A DNA stretch of 32,000 nt from positions 347,654-379,653 of the forward strand of contig CALRMX020000004.1 in NCBI GenBank assembly GCA_943369355.1, in the 5' to 3' direction. Positions 1-8,760 of the stretch are shown one piece after another. Source of the stretch: Chitinophaga pinensis. Lineage in GTDB: Bacteria > Bacteroidota > Bacteroidia > UBA7662. The notes beneath the pieces are model-generated. The model saw only the letters and a program-made list of their open reading frames with translations. It ran no database searches and was not told where the DNA came from. How positions within the stretch are numbered: the stretch's first letter is position 1; every line of letters begins with the position of its first letter. Made by a program: the position numbers and the translations under genes.

Positions 1-198
1 CTCAAGTTGGAAGCCGCCTTGCGGTCCGGTGGTAGTGCCGTACACCTTGCTGCTGTCGGCCAAAGCACGCAAAACCACATTGGCAGCGGGGAGCGGCGTG
101 CGGTCGGCAGCATTAAGCACCCTACCTCGTATAACCGACTGTGCCAGAACAACTTGAGCAATGAAAAGGAAAAAAATTGAGAGTAACAGTCGCAACAT
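1..198 (-). CDS. TonB-dependent receptor / carboxypeptidase-regulatory-like domain protein, N-terminal fragment (continues past the window start)
   Basis: This ORF is not in the ORF track. My reverse-strand translation from the ATG at 198 gives MLRLLLSIFFLFIAQVVLAQSVIRGRVLNAADRTPLPAANVVLRALADSSKVYGTTTGPQGGFQLE. That is a signal peptide followed by the I.G.V.....PL..A.V......GTTT...G.F.L pattern typical of CarboxypepD_reg domains at the head of Bacteroidota TonB-dependent receptors. Confidence 0.6.
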   Translation of the reverse strand, partial: MLRLLLSIFFLFIAQVVLAQSVIRGRVLNAADRTPLPAANVVLRALADSSKVYGTTTGPQGGFQLE

Positions 199-320
199 AG
201 GCCTACAAAAAACGGAATTAGACGCACAAGGCCTACAAAGGTTTAACGCTCGACCTCATTTTTTTGCTCACGCCCTGTCGCGCTAAGGCGAATAGCAGCG
301 GTATATTTGAAAAAAAAGCC

Positions 321-671
321 ATGTCGCAGGTCACAGAATTTAATGCCTATCGCGAGAAGATGAACGAACGTATTCTCGCTACCAAAAACAAGACGATTCA
401 AAAAATCTACAATGTCGACCATACCACCTACCAAGATGGTGCTCTGCCCGCCCGCACCAAAGAACTGCTGGGGCTGGTAGCCAGCATGGTGCTGCGCTGC
501 GACGACTGCATCCGCTACCACATCCAAGAATGTTACCGCTTGGGCGTGACGAGCGAGGAGCTGTATGAGGTTTTTGGCATCGCCAATCTCGTGGGCGGCA
601 CCATTGTGATTCCCCACACCCGCAGGGCCATTGAATTCTGGGATGCCCTACATGCCCAAGAAAACGACTGA
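321..671 (+). CDS. carboxymuconolactone decarboxylase (AhpD-like) family protein
   Basis: ORF 264..671; I prefer the ATG at 321 (MSQVTEFNAY...). The length is about 116 aa. It has the LRCDDCIRYH CxxC motif and the KELLGLVAS...C..C...H layout typical of the CMD/AhpD-like family. Confidence 0.7.
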   Translation: MSQVTEFNAYREKMNERILATKNKTIQKIYNVDHTTYQDGALPARTKELLGLVASMVLRCDDCIRYHIQECYRLGVTSEELYEVFGIANLVGGTIVIPHTRRAIEFWDALHAQEND

Positions 672-795
672 GCACTGTGCGGTTCGCTACACAGCATCTA
701 CCGTTCATACCGCTAATCGTACTGTTGGTGCTCATCGAGTTGGGCAGACCGCCACACCGCGTTAACCTTGTAGCATGCATTCAACCCCACTAACC

Positions 796-2349
796 ATGAA
801 GAAGTCACTGCTGCTAGGTATCGGATTGTTCCTCCACCTTACCCTTGGTGCACAGGTAAAACCAGTGCGGCCCGTAGATCCGGTAAGGCCTGTTGACCCT
901 GTGGCGCCGGTTGCGCCTGTACGCCCGCTGGGCGAAACTTTTGAGCTGCGCGGCAGCGGCGACGACTGCGACTGCCCCATGGCGCAAGGCGGAGGCACCA
1001 ACGTTACCATCAGCGGCCCGCAAGACGGTCCGCATACCACCACCATTACCCGCAACGGAACCACCCTCAAAATGACCTACGAGGGAGAGTTTGCCATTAG
1101 CGACAACGATCAAGACGTGACCGTACTCAACGATGGCGGTTACTTCATGCTGCAAAAGACCGTTTTTGGCAGTAAGCACAAAGTAGAGATCCGCAACGAA
1201 AGCGGCCAGCAGGTGAAGCGCTACTGGGAAGGCAGCCGCGAGCAACCCTGGGAGCCCGATGGCCGCAAATGGCTCGCCGAGTTGCTGCCGGAGCTGGTCC
1301 GCAGCTCCACCATCGGCGCCGAGAGCCGCGTGAAGCGTTTTTACGCCAAGGGAGGAGCCACCGCCGTGCTCGACGAGATTAGTCAGCTCGAAAGCGACCA
1401 CGTACAAGCTCACTACGGCAAGTTGCTGCTGCGATACCCACTGAATGCTCAGCAGTTTAATGAGAGTATTCGTCGGCTCGCCAATATTGTACGCAGCGAC
1501 TATTACCTCGCTGGTCTCCTCAAAAGCAGCCTGCAAAAAGGACAATCGGCCGGCAATGTGGGCGCTGTGCTTGCTGCCACACAAAAGGTGAGCTCCGACT
1601 ACTACCGCGCCGAAGTGCTCGACGCCGTGATCAGCCGCAAGACCCTGGAAGGCGACGACCTCAAGGAGGTACTCAAGGCTGCCACCGGTATGGCTAGCGA
1701 TTACTACAAAGCCGGTGTGCTCGAGAAGTTTGCGCGTGCCGAAGGAGCCGACAAAAACCAAGTGGCCTACTTCGAAACCGCCAGCACCATTGCCAGCGAC
1801 TACTACCGCTCGGGCGTGTTGAGTAAGGGTTTCCGCAACTTCTCACTCACCACTACAGGCCTATTTGCAGGCATGCAGGCCTGGGCCACCATGGGCAGCG
1901 ACTTTTACCAGCACGAGGTGTTGATGCAGCTGGTAAAAACGCATAAGCTCACCCCCGATGCACAGAAATTGGTGCTCACGCCCATCGGCAGCGGCATCAG
2001 CAGCGATATGTACAAGCAGGAAGTACTCAAAGCTTTCGCACGCGGACAAAACATGAATATGGAAAGCGTAAAGCTGTACCTGAATGCCGCCAATACCGTG
2101 GGCAGCGATATGTACAAAGCCGAAAGTTTGAAGGCCCTCCGTCAGCAGTCGCTCGACGATGCCTCGCAGGTGGTTCTTTATGGTGCCGTGAAAGACCTCA
2201 GCTCGGATATGTATAAATCGGAAGTGCTCAAGCAGTACGCCGCGCTGGCCGCCAGCTCGGGTGAGAGTGCCCGTGGAGCCTTCAAGGCCGCTGCCAAGAG
2301 CATCACCAGCTCGCATTATTTTGGCGACTTAATGCGGAGTATCGACTAA
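796..2349 (+). CDS. secreted repeat protein of unknown function: signal peptide, PVRPVD proline-rich tract, then about ten 34-aa helical repeats with an SDYY/SDMYK..VL core
   Basis: ORF 775..2349; the start at MKKSLLLGIGLFLHLTLGAQ (796) gives a clean signal peptide. The repeat cores (SDHV, SDYY x4, SDFY, SDMY x3, SSHY) recur every 33-35 residues from about residue 207 to 512. Confidence 0.75.
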   Translation: MKKSLLLGIGLFLHLTLGAQVKPVRPVDPVRPVDPVAPVAPVRPLGETFELRGSGDDCDCPMAQGGGTNVTISGPQDGPHTTTITRNGTTLKMTYEGEFAISDNDQDVTVLNDGGYFMLQKTVFGSKHKVEIRNESGQQVKRYWEGSREQPWEPDGRKWLAELLPELVRSSTIGAESRVKRFYAKGGATAVLDEISQLESDHVQAHYGKLLLRYPLNAQQFNESIRRLANIVRSDYYLAGLLKSSLQKGQSAGNVGAVLAATQKVSSDYYRAEVLDAVISRKTLEGDDLKEVLKAATGMASDYYKAGVLEKFARAEGADKNQVAYFETASTIASDYYRSGVLSKGFRNFSLTTTGLFAGMQAWATMGSDFYQHEVLMQLVKTHKLTPDAQKLVLTPIGSGISSDMYKQEVLKAFARGQNMNMESVKLYLNAANTVGSDMYKAESLKALRQQSLDDASQVVLYGAVKDLSSDMYKSEVLKQYAALAASSGESARGAFKAAAKSITSSHYFGDLMRSID

Positions 2350-2351
2350 AT

Positions 2352-2384
2352 CCATGCGGGCGATTTACTAAATTGCCCGCATGG
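2352..2384 (+). promoter_or_regulatory. perfect 10-bp stem / 13-nt loop hairpin between the repeat-protein stop and the kinase start
   Basis: ccatgcgggc (2352-2361) is the exact reverse complement of gcccgcatgg (2375-2384). The 3' arm contains the ATG at 2381. No U-tract follows. Confidence 0.5.
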
Positions 2385-3472
2385 TCGTCACTACCCTCTT
2401 ACTTCGTATCCGTATGGCACTTGCAGAAGTTCGTGGACTCCGACTGTTGGCCGGTATACTCACCGCCACCCTCTGTTTTTTCCTGTTGCAATACAGCGAA
2501 ACCGAAAGCTGGTCGATCAACATCACCCAACTTCCGGGTCTGACCCTCTCTTTGGTTTTTGGCTTGCTGGCTGCTCCCCTGTTGGAGGCCTTCAACCACC
2601 AACTCGACCAAAAAATATCGTACCGCAGCCAATTTGGCTGGCGCCTGCTGTTGGGTTGGCTCAGCAGCATTTTCCTTCTGCTCACCGCCTTCCTCGCCAG
2701 CGTATGGCTGGTGGCCTATGCCCTGCCGGCGCTTTTCGACCCGTTGGTAGAGGCAGGTCCTAACGGTCAACAACTCCGGCAGGTGATTCTCAAAGCCTGC
2801 ATCTTGCTGGCTATCGTCTTGTTCTTCGACCAGATCGCCTACACCTTGCGTTTCTCGTGGCACGATTACGCCATTGCCCGACTCACGCGCTACCGGCGCG
2901 AGAAGGCCATGACCGAATGGCGCTACCAAACGCTGAAGGCGCAACTGAGTCCGCATTACCTCTTCAACAACCTCAACACCATCAGTGCCTTGTTGCACGA
3001 AAAACCGGTTCAAGCCGCCCTGTTTATCCGCCAGCTGGCCGCAAGCTACCGCTACATACTGGCACAGCGTAACCGACTGCTAGTGCCCATGCAGGACGAG
3101 CTGAGTTTTGTGAACAACTACCTCAGTTTGCTACAGATACGTTTTGGCGAACAAATCAGGTTGCACAACAACATTGCGCCTACCGACCGGCGACAGCTGC
3201 CGCCATTAAGTTTGCAGTTGCTCATCGAAAATGCCGTGAAGCACAATCCTCCCTCGGCCGAACAGCCGCTACACATATGGCTCAGCATAGTGGGCGATGG
3301 GCGATTGGAGGTGCGCAACAATCGTCTGCCCGGCACCGGTGCCGACAGCTTCAGGATAGGGCTGCAGCATTTGCGAGAACTGTACAGCCTGCACCAGCGG
3401 CGTGCGCCAGAAATTAACGACGGCAACGAGTTTAGCGTACGTCTCGACTTATTTGCGGAGGCCGAGGCATGA
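2381..3472 (+). CDS. LytS/YehU-type sensor histidine kinase (multi-pass membrane N-terminus plus His_kinase/HATPase core)
   Basis: It carries the LKAQLSPHYLFNNLNTISALL H-box signature of the LytS-type 'histidine kinase internal region' and an LLIENAVKHN N-box. It also has the RIGLQHLRELY G2-like motif and a hydrophobic N-terminal half. An alternative start is the ATG at 2414. Confidence 0.85.
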   Translation: MVVTTLLLRIRMALAEVRGLRLLAGILTATLCFFLLQYSETESWSINITQLPGLTLSLVFGLLAAPLLEAFNHQLDQKISYRSQFGWRLLLGWLSSIFLLLTAFLASVWLVAYALPALFDPLVEAGPNGQQLRQVILKACILLAIVLFFDQIAYTLRFSWHDYAIARLTRYRREKAMTEWRYQTLKAQLSPHYLFNNLNTISALLHEKPVQAALFIRQLAASYRYILAQRNRLLVPMQDELSFVNNYLSLLQIRFGEQIRLHNNIAPTDRRQLPPLSLQLLIENAVKHNPPSAEQPLHIWLSIVGDGRLEVRNNRLPGTGADSFRIGLQHLRELYSLHQRRAPEINDGNEFSVRLDLFAEAEA

Positions 3473-4494
3473 AGAGCCCGCTAATCCAAAACCCGCTATT
3501 TCGTTTGCTGGCGCCAGTGGTGTTCGGCTTGCTGGTGTATTTGATGCTGCTGTTGCTCAACAATCAAGTAGGGCAGCTAAGCACTCTTTTCCGATCGCAG
3601 GAGATGTACATCTGCATACTACTGGCAGCGATGCAGTTTGAAAGTTTGCGCTTCCTGGTAGGTCGCAGTCGCCTAGGCGATGCAGGCAACGAGCGCCGCC
3701 GCTGGTGGCTGCTGGCTTTGGCCGGTAACGGCATCGCCACGACTTTGCTGCTCACCGCATTGTGGGCCTACTACGTTTACGTAATTGGCTTTGCCCCGTC
3801 GGGCAGCGAGCTGCTTCGTTTTGCAGGCCTCTACTTGCCTGGTGGGTGGTTTTACTTGGCCTTATACGGCAGCCAATTTTATTTGCAACGCCAAAATATG
3901 GCACAGCTCGAGCAAGAAGCCGAAGAGCTGGCACGTTTAGAAGAGGAATTCAACGATTTCAGTGCCGAATTACATCCTACACTTTTGTACGATGCCCTCG
4001 AACAGCTGCTCATACGCCTGCCCCATCAGTCGGCCGAGGCCGACCGCTACCTCCAGCTGCTGGCTAGCCACTACCGCCACCGGCTCATCAACCGGCAGGA
4101 GGAGGTGATTCCACTGAAATACGAGCTCGAGGCCGCGGAGACCTTTTTGGCACTGCTGCGCCCCATACGGCGGCAGCAGCTGGTACTTGTTTGCGACCCT
4201 TTACCCCATGATGAGCTGTTGTTGCCCCCCGGCGCAGTGTTTACCGCCATTTATTGGCTGTTGCGGCACGGCATCAGCGGCGAAAACGAGTCGCCGATAC
4301 AGCTGCAGCTCGAAGGCCAGCAGCTTACCCTTCGCTGGGCGCAGCCCGGACGACTTCAGCCCGATGCCGAAAGCAGCTATGCCCTCGACCGGCTTGTACG
4401 TTCGTATCGCCGGCTGAGCAGTCAGCAGCCCGCAACCCAGCTGGGCGACAACGAAATTTGTGTTCACCTGCCACTCCTTCACCTCCACACCTGA
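3469..4494 (+). CDS. LytS-type histidine-kinase paralog with degenerate catalytic motifs (possible pseudokinase/co-sensor)
   Basis: Its ATGA start/stop overlaps the upstream kinase (3469-3472). The architecture is the same: a membrane N-terminal half, a coiled EQEAEELARLEEEF segment and an H-box-like ELHPTLLYDALEQL. The N-box is replaced by YWLLRHGISGENE and the GxGL motif by SYALDRL. Confidence 0.65.
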   Translation: MKSPLIQNPLFRLLAPVVFGLLVYLMLLLLNNQVGQLSTLFRSQEMYICILLAAMQFESLRFLVGRSRLGDAGNERRRWWLLALAGNGIATTLLLTALWAYYVYVIGFAPSGSELLRFAGLYLPGGWFYLALYGSQFYLQRQNMAQLEQEAEELARLEEEFNDFSAELHPTLLYDALEQLLIRLPHQSAEADRYLQLLASHYRHRLINRQEEVIPLKYELEAAETFLALLRPIRRQQLVLVCDPLPHDELLLPPGAVFTAIYWLLRHGISGENESPIQLQLEGQQLTLRWAQPGRLQPDAESSYALDRLVRSYRRLSSQQPATQLGDNEICVHLPLLHLHT

Positions 4495-4495
4495 T

Positions 4496-5242
4496 ATGCG
4501 TATACTCATCATCGAAGACGAACAGCCCGCCGCCGAACGGCTCGAAACTTTGCTCCGGCAGCTGGTGCCTGGTCTGCAGCTGTTGGCGGTGCTTCGCCGG
4601 GTCGACGAGGCCATCGATTGGTTTGCCACCACCACTGCAGCCCCCGAGCTCATCTTCACCGATGTGCAACTGCCCGATGGACTCAGCTTTCAGATCTTTA
4701 ACCGCTTCCCACCGCAAGTACCTGTGATTTTTGTGACTGCTTTCGACCAATATGCACTCGACGCCTTTCGCGTAAACGGTATCGATTACTTGCTCAAACC
4801 CATCAATGTTACCGAGCTCGACCGTAGCCTGCAGCGCGCACGCAGCCGACAGCCCGCAGCCGCACAGCTCAGCGAGTTGGGCAAACAATGGGGACAAAAA
4901 GCTTACAAAAGCCGCTTCATGGTGAAACTTGGCGAACATCTGCGTGCGGTGAGCGTAGAACAAATCCTGTTGTTTTATGCCGAAGGACGAACAGTATTCT
5001 TGTACACCACCGAAGGGCGGAGGTTTATCGTCGACTTCACGCTCGACCAATTAGAAGATGCCCTCGACCCGGCTCGTTTTTACCGCATCAACCGCAGTTT
5101 TGTGGTAGCGCTACACGCCATACAAGAGGTGGTGGTGTATAGCAGTAGCCGCTTACGGATTGTTACACAACCTTCTTTTGCCGAAGAACTTATTGTGAGC
5201 CGCGAAAAGGTAGGGCCTTTCAAGAGTTGGTACGAAGGATAG
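4496..5242 (+). CDS. LytR/AlgR-family response regulator (receiver plus LytTR DNA-binding domain)
   Basis: MRILIIEDEQPAAERL...FTDVQLPDGLSF...PVIFVTAFDQYALDAF..NGIDYLLKP is a receiver domain. The C-terminal part (FMVKLGEHLRAVSVEQILLFYAEGRTVFLYT...RFYRINRSFVVAL) is LytTR-like. The ATG at 4496 lies 1 nt after the upstream TGA (4492-4494). Confidence 0.9.
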   Translation: MRILIIEDEQPAAERLETLLRQLVPGLQLLAVLRRVDEAIDWFATTTAAPELIFTDVQLPDGLSFQIFNRFPPQVPVIFVTAFDQYALDAFRVNGIDYLLKPINVTELDRSLQRARSRQPAAAQLSELGKQWGQKAYKSRFMVKLGEHLRAVSVEQILLFYAEGRTVFLYTTEGRRFIVDFTLDQLEDALDPARFYRINRSFVVALHAIQEVVVYSSSRLRIVTQPSFAEELIVSREKVGPFKSWYEG

Positions 5243-5308
5243 GGAATTCAGTGCTCAAAACTGTAAATTCACGCCTGTAAAGCGTAGGCTTCAAGCCTTC
5301 CCTAACCC

Positions 5309-5878
5309 ATGAAAGAGCATTATCAGCAGCAGTTTTCGGCCAAAGATTTCGTCAACGGGAAGTTGATCTTGGAAGGTTTATATGAAGCCTGTGCGTTTAA
5401 GGGATTGTCGTTAGAAGGGATTCGTTTGGCTGGACTGCGTTTTGAAGACTGTAGTTTTCTCGATTGTGATTTGAGTGGTTGCGATACCCACCAAACCGCT
5501 TTCCGCAACTGCGCGTTTAACGGTTGCAAGTTGCTGGGCTTTCGGTTCGACCGATGTAATCCGCTGGGATTGAGCCTCGCTTTTGATCGCTGCATACTCG
5601 ACAGGGCGGTATTTACTGGGCTCACCCTTACCGGACTCCAGCTTAACCGGTGCTCAGTGCAGGAAGTCGACTTTGTAAATGCCAAACTAAAAAATGCACA
5701 ATTCACCGCTTGCGATTTGCAAGGCAGCCTTTTTGTCCACACCTTGCTCGACGGGGCCGACTTTACCACTGCATTCAATTACCGCTTTAAGCCCGAAGAA
5801 AACAGCCTCATCAAAACGCATTTCAGCGCTGATGGACTTGCAGGTTTGCTTGTGCATCATGGATTGGTGATTAGCTAA
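5309..5878 (+). CDS. pentapeptide repeat-containing protein
   Basis: Continuous A(D/N)LxX-type pentapeptide repeats run through most of the 189 aa, for example LAGLRFEDCSFLDCDLSGCDTHQTAFRNCAFNGCKLLGFRFDRC and DFVNAKLKNAQFTACDLQGSLFVHTLLDGADFT. Confidence 0.85.
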   Translation: MKEHYQQQFSAKDFVNGKLILEGLYEACAFKGLSLEGIRLAGLRFEDCSFLDCDLSGCDTHQTAFRNCAFNGCKLLGFRFDRCNPLGLSLAFDRCILDRAVFTGLTLTGLQLNRCSVQEVDFVNAKLKNAQFTACDLQGSLFVHTLLDGADFTTAFNYRFKPEENSLIKTHFSADGLAGLLVHHGLVIS

Positions 5879-5946
5879 AATGCCGATTTAATGCAAGCTT
5901 AAGGCGGCTCCTTTGGCAAAACACGCTAAAAAGGTTAGTCTTGTTG

Positions 5947-6438
5947 ATGCGCCGCCTTATCCGCACGTTATTGCTCATCCTCTTGCCTGTTGCCGCAGCT
6001 GCACAAGTGCGGCCGTGGGTAGAAGCAATCACTTACGATGCGGCCATCGATAGCCCATTTAGCTTGGGTGGAGACGCGAACATCTACCAATACCACAACG
6101 ATGGCTTGGGGGTGACCTTCCTTGGCGGTAGGCCTATGTTGCATGACGCTTTGCAAAAAGCTACGGCTCAATTAAAATTCGACCCCGCATTCGACGGCCT
6201 CGTGCGAATACGTTTTGTGGTAAACAAAGCTGGCGAGAGTGGCATGTTCCGAACCTATGTCTATACCGTTACGGGCGAGCAAGCCCACTTGCCTGCAGCC
6301 TTACTCAACCCCCTCGCCCAAGCCGTAAAACAGTTGAATGGCTGGCAACCCAAAATCATTCGCGATCAAACTGTGCATTATTATCAATATGTGATTTTCC
6401 GTATTCAAGGGGGTAAAGTCAGTCATATCTTGCCATGA
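5947..6438 (+). CDS. hypothetical secreted protein
   Basis: ORF 5941..6438. The ATG at 5947 gives MRRLIRTLLLILLPVAAAAQ, a signal peptide. Its stop overlaps the next gene's start (ATGA at 6435-6438). I do not recognise a family. Confidence 0.6.
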   Translation: MRRLIRTLLLILLPVAAAAQVRPWVEAITYDAAIDSPFSLGGDANIYQYHNDGLGVTFLGGRPMLHDALQKATAQLKFDPAFDGLVRIRFVVNKAGESGMFRTYVYTVTGEQAHLPAALLNPLAQAVKQLNGWQPKIIRDQTVHYYQYVIFRIQGGKVSHILP

Positions 6439-7253
6439 AACGTATCTTCTTTGCCCTTTTGCTGCTCAGCAGTAATATTCAGTTACATGCCCAACCCAAT
6501 TGTGCCGCATTACTATTCTACGGCGATACCGCTGCCTATGAAGCTTGTCAGTACCTCGAAACTGCTCTAAATGGCCACTATCAATACGAGGAGGAGTTTC
6601 AACGCATCTGCGATTCGGCACTGAGCATTTGTGGTCATTTCGCTTATGCCTGGCGCGAAAAAAGCACACCCTATGTAAAATCGGGTAATTTCCATTTGTG
6701 GATGAAGTATATGAACGAAGCCGTTCGTTACGATACCCTTGAGATGTTGCCTGCGAGAGCCAGTTGCCGAGGGAAGTTTTTTGCCGATTATGCAGGCGCC
6801 ATCGCCGATATCGAACTGTTTGAACGCAAATATCCGGGTAGTTTGGCCATGGCACACAACGGCACCTATAGTTTGCACATGGTGAAAGCTTTGAGTTACC
6901 GTGCCCTCGGCCAACGCAATCAAGCCATCAGCACCGCCGAAAGCTATTTACGGACCTATCCCAACAACATTGGCATGTACGACCGGCTCCATTTAGGAGT
7001 AATGTACTTTGAAGCTGGTCGGGTACCAGAAGCGAAAAAACAGCTCGAAACTCAGCTAAAAGAAAGTGCAATTGCAGAGGCAGCTTATGCGCTTGCGAAA
7101 ATTGCGAAAGCAGAAAAAAACGACGATTTAGCCAAAAAATACATTCAGCAAGCACGAGAATTATTCAACGCCGACCAGCAACTGTTCGACCCTTATCATT
7201 ATCTCGACGATCAGCTCTTTGAAGCTGAGCTGGTAGAAGCCGAGCGCTGGTAA
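6435..7253 (+). CDS. TPR-like repeat protein, secreted
   Basis: It has the signal peptide MKRIFFALLLLSSNIQLHAQ. Helical-repeat patterns resemble TPR (ALSYRALGQRNQAISTAESYLRTYPNN, GVMYFEAGRVPEAKKQLE, AYALAKIAKAEKNDDLAKKYIQQA). Confidence 0.65.
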   Translation: MKRIFFALLLLSSNIQLHAQPNCAALLFYGDTAAYEACQYLETALNGHYQYEEEFQRICDSALSICGHFAYAWREKSTPYVKSGNFHLWMKYMNEAVRYDTLEMLPARASCRGKFFADYAGAIADIELFERKYPGSLAMAHNGTYSLHMVKALSYRALGQRNQAISTAESYLRTYPNNIGMYDRLHLGVMYFEAGRVPEAKKQLETQLKESAIAEAAYALAKIAKAEKNDDLAKKYIQQARELFNADQQLFDPYHYLDDQLFEAELVEAERW

Positions 7254-7263
7254 ATTGTTTCTT

Positions 7264-7749
7264 TTAATGCTCAGCGTGTTCGGCTTCTGAGTTTGCAGGC
7301 ATCACAAAATCTTTGCGTATTTCGGGGTGACGAATTTCACCTCCTGAATTACCTACACCTGCAGCCATAACCATGGCAACCAATGAAACGCCTAAAACAA
7401 TATAGTTAAGCAGCTTTTGTTGCGCATGATTTTTCAGCTCGGCCCATAGGCCAATTGCCGACAAGAGCGCCAAACCACCAGCCATGAACAAAAAGATTTC
7501 CGCCTTTTCTTCGTGCTCGTGTATCAGGTCGTGCGATACCCCTTCAAGATGTTCCACGATTTCTTCGGCTTCTTCCCCAGTTTTGTTGGCCGGCAAGGCC
7601 GATACTCCGGCAACGATGAGCCCCACTAACGCCACGCGACGAATGAGGGTTTGATTGAGTAGTATGCCGGCTAGAAGGACAAAAATGCCAAATAAAATGC
7701 CGAGTATGGGTAGATGATTGATGAGCAAGTGAAGATGTGCAGCGTTCAT
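7264..7749 (-). CDS. hypothetical integral membrane protein (about 4 TM helices, His/Glu-rich loop)
   Basis: ORF of 161 aa with four hydrophobic segments and an EEIVEHLEGVSHDLIHEHEEK loop. I do not recognise a family. Confidence 0.6.
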   Translation of the reverse strand: MNAAHLHLLINHLPILGILFGIFVLLAGILLNQTLIRRVALVGLIVAGVSALPANKTGEEAEEIVEHLEGVSHDLIHEHEEKAEIFLFMAGGLALLSAIGLWAELKNHAQQKLLNYIVLGVSLVAMVMAAGVGNSGGEIRHPEIRKDFVMPANSEAEHAEH

Positions 7750-7803
7750 GATTAGTTTTCTACTAAGCTAACGAATTAAAGCTTCGGCTATATGATTAAT
7801 TCA

Positions 7804-8760
7804 TCAACCTTTTTCTTGATTTAACCAAGGCAGCTTCAAAGCTAGGGTATTTCTTTTTTGCGCGGTCTCTGCAACGAAACGTCGGTGTGCTTCGGTATCA
7901 GGAAAACGTGGTCGATGGCGGCTGGCTAGCGTAAGCTCATACACATTTGCCGCTAGCTCGCGGGTAGCATCGTCCATACAGAGTTGGCTAAACTGCTCGA
8001 AGACGTATTGCGTGGCCGCGTGGTTAGGATGTACTAGGTCGATATCGTACCATCGGTGGTCGCGAAGTACGTCAATCACCAATTCGTAAGCGGGGAAATA
8101 ATGGCAATCGGCTACTTCTTCCACCAGTTGGTGCACCACTTCAATGAGTCGTGCCTTGCTCCGGTTATTGTCGATAACGCCATCGCGGTGGTGCCGAACG
8201 GGGCTCACGGTGAATAGCACTTTCAGATTCGGATTAAAGTTTCGTGCGGCTTGAATTGCCGCCTTCAATTCCTTAAGCATGCCCTCAACCGACAGAAGCT
8301 GTTTGGTAAAGTTAGCTGACGGGGCGCGGTGGTTGTTGGCCACTGGCTGGGCACTATCGACCAATTGGTAACGAAAAGCTGAACCCAAAGTAAGCACTAG
8401 CCAAGTGGCCGATTTCAAGCATTGATGACCTTGGTGAATGGCTGAGTTGATAGCCTCTACAGCTGCTTCTCGGTTGGTATGACTAAAATCACTATGATGC
8501 TCCCAGCTGTTCCACAGTTCGTTGGCATAAAAAAGCCTCTTCATTGGCCATGATTCGCCTTGAGCCAGCATTTGGAGGTGCCGTGCTACAGCCGTTGGGT
8601 CGAAAACGATACCGGTGGGGTTGGCCAAGGTTCTAAATCCCCTTTCAGCCAACGCCGCTCCAATATTGGCCGTAAAGCACGACCCTATCAGTAAAAGCCG
8701 ATCGTGGTGACCCATCGGCGCGCTCGACCATTGGTAGCGGAGTTCTAATTGTGTTTTCAT
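7804..8760 (-). CDS. GSCFA domain-containing protein
   Basis: The N-terminal LLIGSCFTANIG contains the eponymous GSCFA-family motif. The length of about 318 aa is typical of the Bacteroidota family. Confidence 0.8.
   Translation of the reverse strand: MKTQLELRYQWSSAPMGHHDRLLLIGSCFTANIGAALAERGFRTLANPTGIVFDPTAVARHLQMLAQGESWPMKRLFYANELWNSWEHHSDFSHTNREAAVEAINSAIHQGHQCLKSATWLVLTLGSAFRYQLVDSAQPVANNHRAPSANFTKQLLSVEGMLKELKAAIQAARNFNPNLKVLFTVSPVRHHRDGVIDNNRSKARLIEVVHQLVEEVADCHYFPAYELVIDVLRDHRWYDIDLVHPNHAATQYVFEQFSQLCMDDATRELAANVYELTLASRHRPRFPDTEAHRRFVAETAQKRNTLALKLPWLNQEKG

Noticed and set aside
243-5050. Long antisense or overlapping ORFs in the GC-rich block (243..617-, 379..780-, 762..1070-, 814..1761-, 1861..2316-, 2399..3013-, 3118..3426-, 4201..4659-, 4325..5050-, 4254..4727+)
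   Set aside because: They are shadow ORFs opposite or out of frame with genes that have clear family signatures. Their translations are Arg/Gly/Ala/Pro-rich low-complexity sequence with no recognisable motifs, as expected in high-GC coding DNA.
5309-5878. Calling the pentapeptide-repeat protein a Qnr/MfpA-type quinolone-resistance determinant
   Set aside because: Only the generic pentapeptide repeat is visible. I cannot establish orthology to Qnr, McbG or MfpA by eye, and such proteins are widespread with unknown roles.
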